Assembly (NCBI RefSeq): GCF_003704095.1
Contig: NW_020847569.1
Span: forward strand, 806,001 to 870,000
DNA from: Pocillopora damicornis
Lineage: Eukaryota
DNA length: 64,000 bases
Reading direction: 5' to 3'
The notes below the pieces were generated by a model. The model was not told where the DNA came from. It ran no database searches and was given only the letters and a program-made list of their open reading frames with translations. Within the stretch, counting starts at the first letter, position 1. Each line of letters begins with the position of its first letter. Of the stretch, positions 61,701 through 64,000 are shown in pieces. The translations under genes and the position numbers were made by a program.

Positions 61701-64000
61701 TTGTATTTTTAACTTATTTTTACCAATTGAATTTTCCTAACACGCTCGTCCACCTTGACACTTCTTTTACACATTTTTCTATTACATTTCTCATGTGGTT
61801 TTTAGTGTCATCGCTGAGCATTTCAGACATTTTGGAGAAGTTTCGTAGGGATGGAACCCCCGCGAGAAGTGATCTTGTTCGTCTTGAGCCCAGGGTAAGA
61901 TGATAAGATAACATAGGGAGTGTTAAAAATGCCTCGACGCGACAAGCAAATAGAAATATATGTGCTCTCTGCCCCTTAGCCGTTTGCGCAGTGAAATGGA
62001 AAAATGAGCATTTTTTGTAAATTAGAGATATTTGTGACTTTTTTTTCGTGTGTGGGATGTTAAAGAATCAAAACAAAAACAATGGCAACCTAATCCCCCT
62101 AGCGCTTCATCCTTCAACTGCGGAGGGAAAAGCCCTGAAATCAAGGTTAACGTGCTAAGTTAATGAAATGGCATCTCAACGTAAATTGGAAAGGCAACGT
62201 TCAGGTATGCGGCATGACTTACCGCCATGGAGGGGCTGTGTTGCCCCATTGTTATCAATTCTCTCTTCTGCAGTTAACTAATCTAATTAATGTAAATTTC
62301 AATAACAATTGTTACAACTCTGTGTATTAGGAGCAGAGCTCAAGTGGTAGGCACGTCCAAATAGAAAGAGGAAGTAAGTCTTTGCAACGTGTTTAGTTCG
62401 TTTGTTATTTTGTTTTTTCGTGTAATCGTTTTGCCTTATTGGGCTGTCTTTGACTAAGAAGTGTCTATTCAATGCATATTTCGATTGAGTGACGTTAAAA
62501 CTAAAACAATAGTGATCACAACAGCCAATCAGAACGAAGGAAATTATCACAAGTAGCCAATGAAACTCAAAGTTTGAACATGCAAATTTTCTAAAGCACG
62601 GGACTGAGACGCGATTAGTGTTAGTTTTGAATCTGATTGGTGGAAAATGTGGCGGGAGTTTTGATGACCAATCACAAAGCAAAGTAAAGCCAAAGCAAAA
62701 CCAAAACAATCCCGGATTACGTTCGACGCTTAATCGAAACCACCGCTCCACAGTTGAAGTAGTAATTCTGCTTTATGGATTATCAAGTCCATCGCTCATG
62801 ATCGTCAGTTCTTTGAAGGGATAAACGCCTTAATGATGTTGTGCGCGAACAGAACAGGATACAGTCGTATTGTGTCACCCGCAGTTCCCGCATATGTGAT
62901 GGGAAACTGATTACATGTGAACAGCGGTAGAGTTTCTTTCCCTTTGTAAGAAAGCGTCAAATGAAAAGGGTCCGCCTGAAGAGGGAAAGATGGATTTCTA
63001 CACAATGAACGAGAAGGTAGCATGGTGGTAATTGATTAAATTTTCACATGTGTTCCACAGGTATTGAAGAAGTAAGGGGAAAATGTTACCCAGAAGCCCT
63101 TGAGGCATCATACCACGGCATTGAGTAGGTTTCCTTAACCTTATTTACCTCTAAGAGTGACTAGCATCTAATTTCTCCATCACCACTGAATCAAACATTA
63201 AGGTCATGAGAATAAAGAGAATGATCACCAGCTAGAGGAGTTCTTGATCGTTGGACGAATTCTCCTTATCAGCACCATGAGAAATGTATGGAGAACAGTG
63301 TATGGAGAAAATGTAAACTGATGGTTAAACAAATTCTCCTGGTCAGTGACTTAGGAAATGTATGGAGAACAGTATGGAGAATATGTAAACTGATGGTTAA
63401 ACAAATTCTCCTTGTCAGTGACTTAGGAAATGTATGAAGAACAGTATGGAGAATAAGCATATTGATGTTAGGGTGTAAAAAGGTTAGACACAGCATTGAA
63501 GGAAAAATTCAATTGAACGGAAAAGGCCATTGCAACGACCAGGTTGCAGTTTTTGTAAATGTCTTGAGCATTTGTCCGTTTCAACATATTTTGAAGCTTG
63601 GAGATAAGATAACTTTCTTTGTTATTGTAATTGTTGTTAACGTTTGATTTCCGGATGCAGTATTTCGATCGATCTTTTTAGATATGTCTCGTAGGTATCC
63701 CTGTTTTTTTTATATAAAATTATTCCAGTGAAGAGAATCCAGCTGATCTTGCTTTTATTTTTGTATCATGTTCATGCCAGATATTGCCTGGATGTCCGTG
63801 AAGCCATATCCAAAGACCTGCAGCTTTCACGTCTTCAGTCCTCGCTCGTGAAAAACGAGACATTCTCATCGTGTGTGCTAACAGAACACAAGCCACGGGA
63901 AACCCGCTGCACTCGGGCTGTTACCAATGCAGCGAAAAAGGGCAGCAAAGCTAGTTTGGCGAAGCTCACTGTACCTCTGAGTCGAACAGCGACTATAAGA
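52730..64000 (+). CDS. MTBP: Mdm2-binding protein (Sld7 ortholog, Treslin partner); 3' end beyond the window
   Basis: Exons include 52730-52787, 53815-53940, 54353-54435, 54833-54924, 55138-55205, ~55580-55637, 55997-56086, 56379-56505, 56643-56737, 57098-57220, 57558-57627, 58017-58125, 58730-58930, 59384-59482, 59818-59908, 60334-60398, 61011-61077, 61288-61343, 61806-61894, 62331-62373, 63061-63124, 63781->64000. Blocks MDRFLVFLI, ERLHSLADGLP, GALKRLQLWHNANIT, KWPERAWL, LEKFRRDGTP and YHGIEYCLDVREAISKDLQLSRLQSSLVKNET parallel recalled vertebrate MTBP (MDRYLLLVI, ENLHQLSDKLP, GALKHLREWYSAKIT, EWPERHVL, YHGIEYCLDDRKAL). N-terminal exon choice is less certain. Confidence 0.88.
53434..53650. 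mobile_element. Inverted pair of the hammerhead-bearing retroposon
   Basis: A minus copy at 53434-53530 (reads TCTCTGATGAAGGGCTAACACTTGAAA...) abuts a plus copy at 53531-53650 lacking the hammerhead. Confidence 0.7.
55275..55352. repeat. (GACA/GATA)n microsatellite
   Basis: Imperfect tandem AGAC/AGAT units. Confidence 0.85.
56866..57060. repeat. Degenerate (TTCG/TGCG)n tetranucleotide repeat
   Basis: Tandem CGTT/CGTG/CGCT units. These explain three spurious overlapping ORFs. Confidence 0.85.
57221..57557 (+). other. U12-type (minor spliceosome) GT-AG intron in MTBP
   Basis: 5' site GTATCCTTT. Branch-like TTTTCCTTTAC at ~57519-57529. No polypyrimidine tract before CAG 57555-57557. The flanking exons join in frame (GGA TT|A AGC). 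Confidence 0.8.
58257..58542. mobile_element. GCAACAT/ATGTTG-rich non-autonomous DNA element
   Basis: Repeated GCAACAT and ATGTT motifs in inverted arrangement, ending GTTTGACCAGGCCTT. Confidence 0.5.
61405..61533 (+). mobile_element. tRNA-derived SINE
   Basis: GTGGCTCAGTGGTAGAG (A box) ... GGTTCGATTCC (B box), followed by the non-tRNA tail TTTGTCCCACGCTCGTG..AAACATCTTTCTCTA. Confidence 0.75.
63135..63487. mobile_element. piggyBac-type MITE with internal ~72-bp triplication
   Basis: TTAACCTT ... AAAGGTTAG termini; three tandem units beginning AATTCTCCT at ~63259, ~63332 and ~63404. Confidence 0.75.

Noticed and set aside
62299-62751. 150-aa minus-strand ORF
   Set aside because: It mostly overlaps a CCAAT-rich MITE and is antisense to an MTBP exon. 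No protein motifs.
63131-63140. TTCCTTAACC, a perfect U12 branch-site match
   Set aside because: It lies 6 nt after a U2-type donor and is created by the TTAACC end of a MITE. The intron has an ordinary pyrimidine-rich acceptor at 63780.

Overview
Intron-rich, AT-rich animal genomic DNA. The gene content and repeat families suggest a scleractinian coral or other anthozoan (inference). I spliced eight conserved genes by hand from GT-AG boundaries and reading-frame phase: a DUSP3-like phosphatase (-), TMEM143 (-), SEPT7 (+), NECAB-like (-), PMS2 (+), NDUFV2 (-), NPEPL1 (-, broken by an N-gap) and MTBP (+, runs off the window end). There is also a candidate 62-aa single-pass microprotein gene (+). 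Introns are full of non-autonomous elements: TTAA/CCCTT piggyBac-type MITEs, CCAAT-rich palindromic MITEs and tRNA-derived SINEs. The most notable signals are: (1) short retroposed elements carrying minimal type I hammerhead ribozyme cores, from two families, in sense orientation in SEPT7 introns, one with an 11-bp target-site duplication and one nested in a MITE; (2) a U12-type intron in MTBP; (3) only 81 bp between the NECAB and PMS2 start codons; (4) a stop codon inside the last SEPT7 splice donor that could switch the polybasic C-terminal tail on or off. All homology calls come from recalled family motifs, not database searches.
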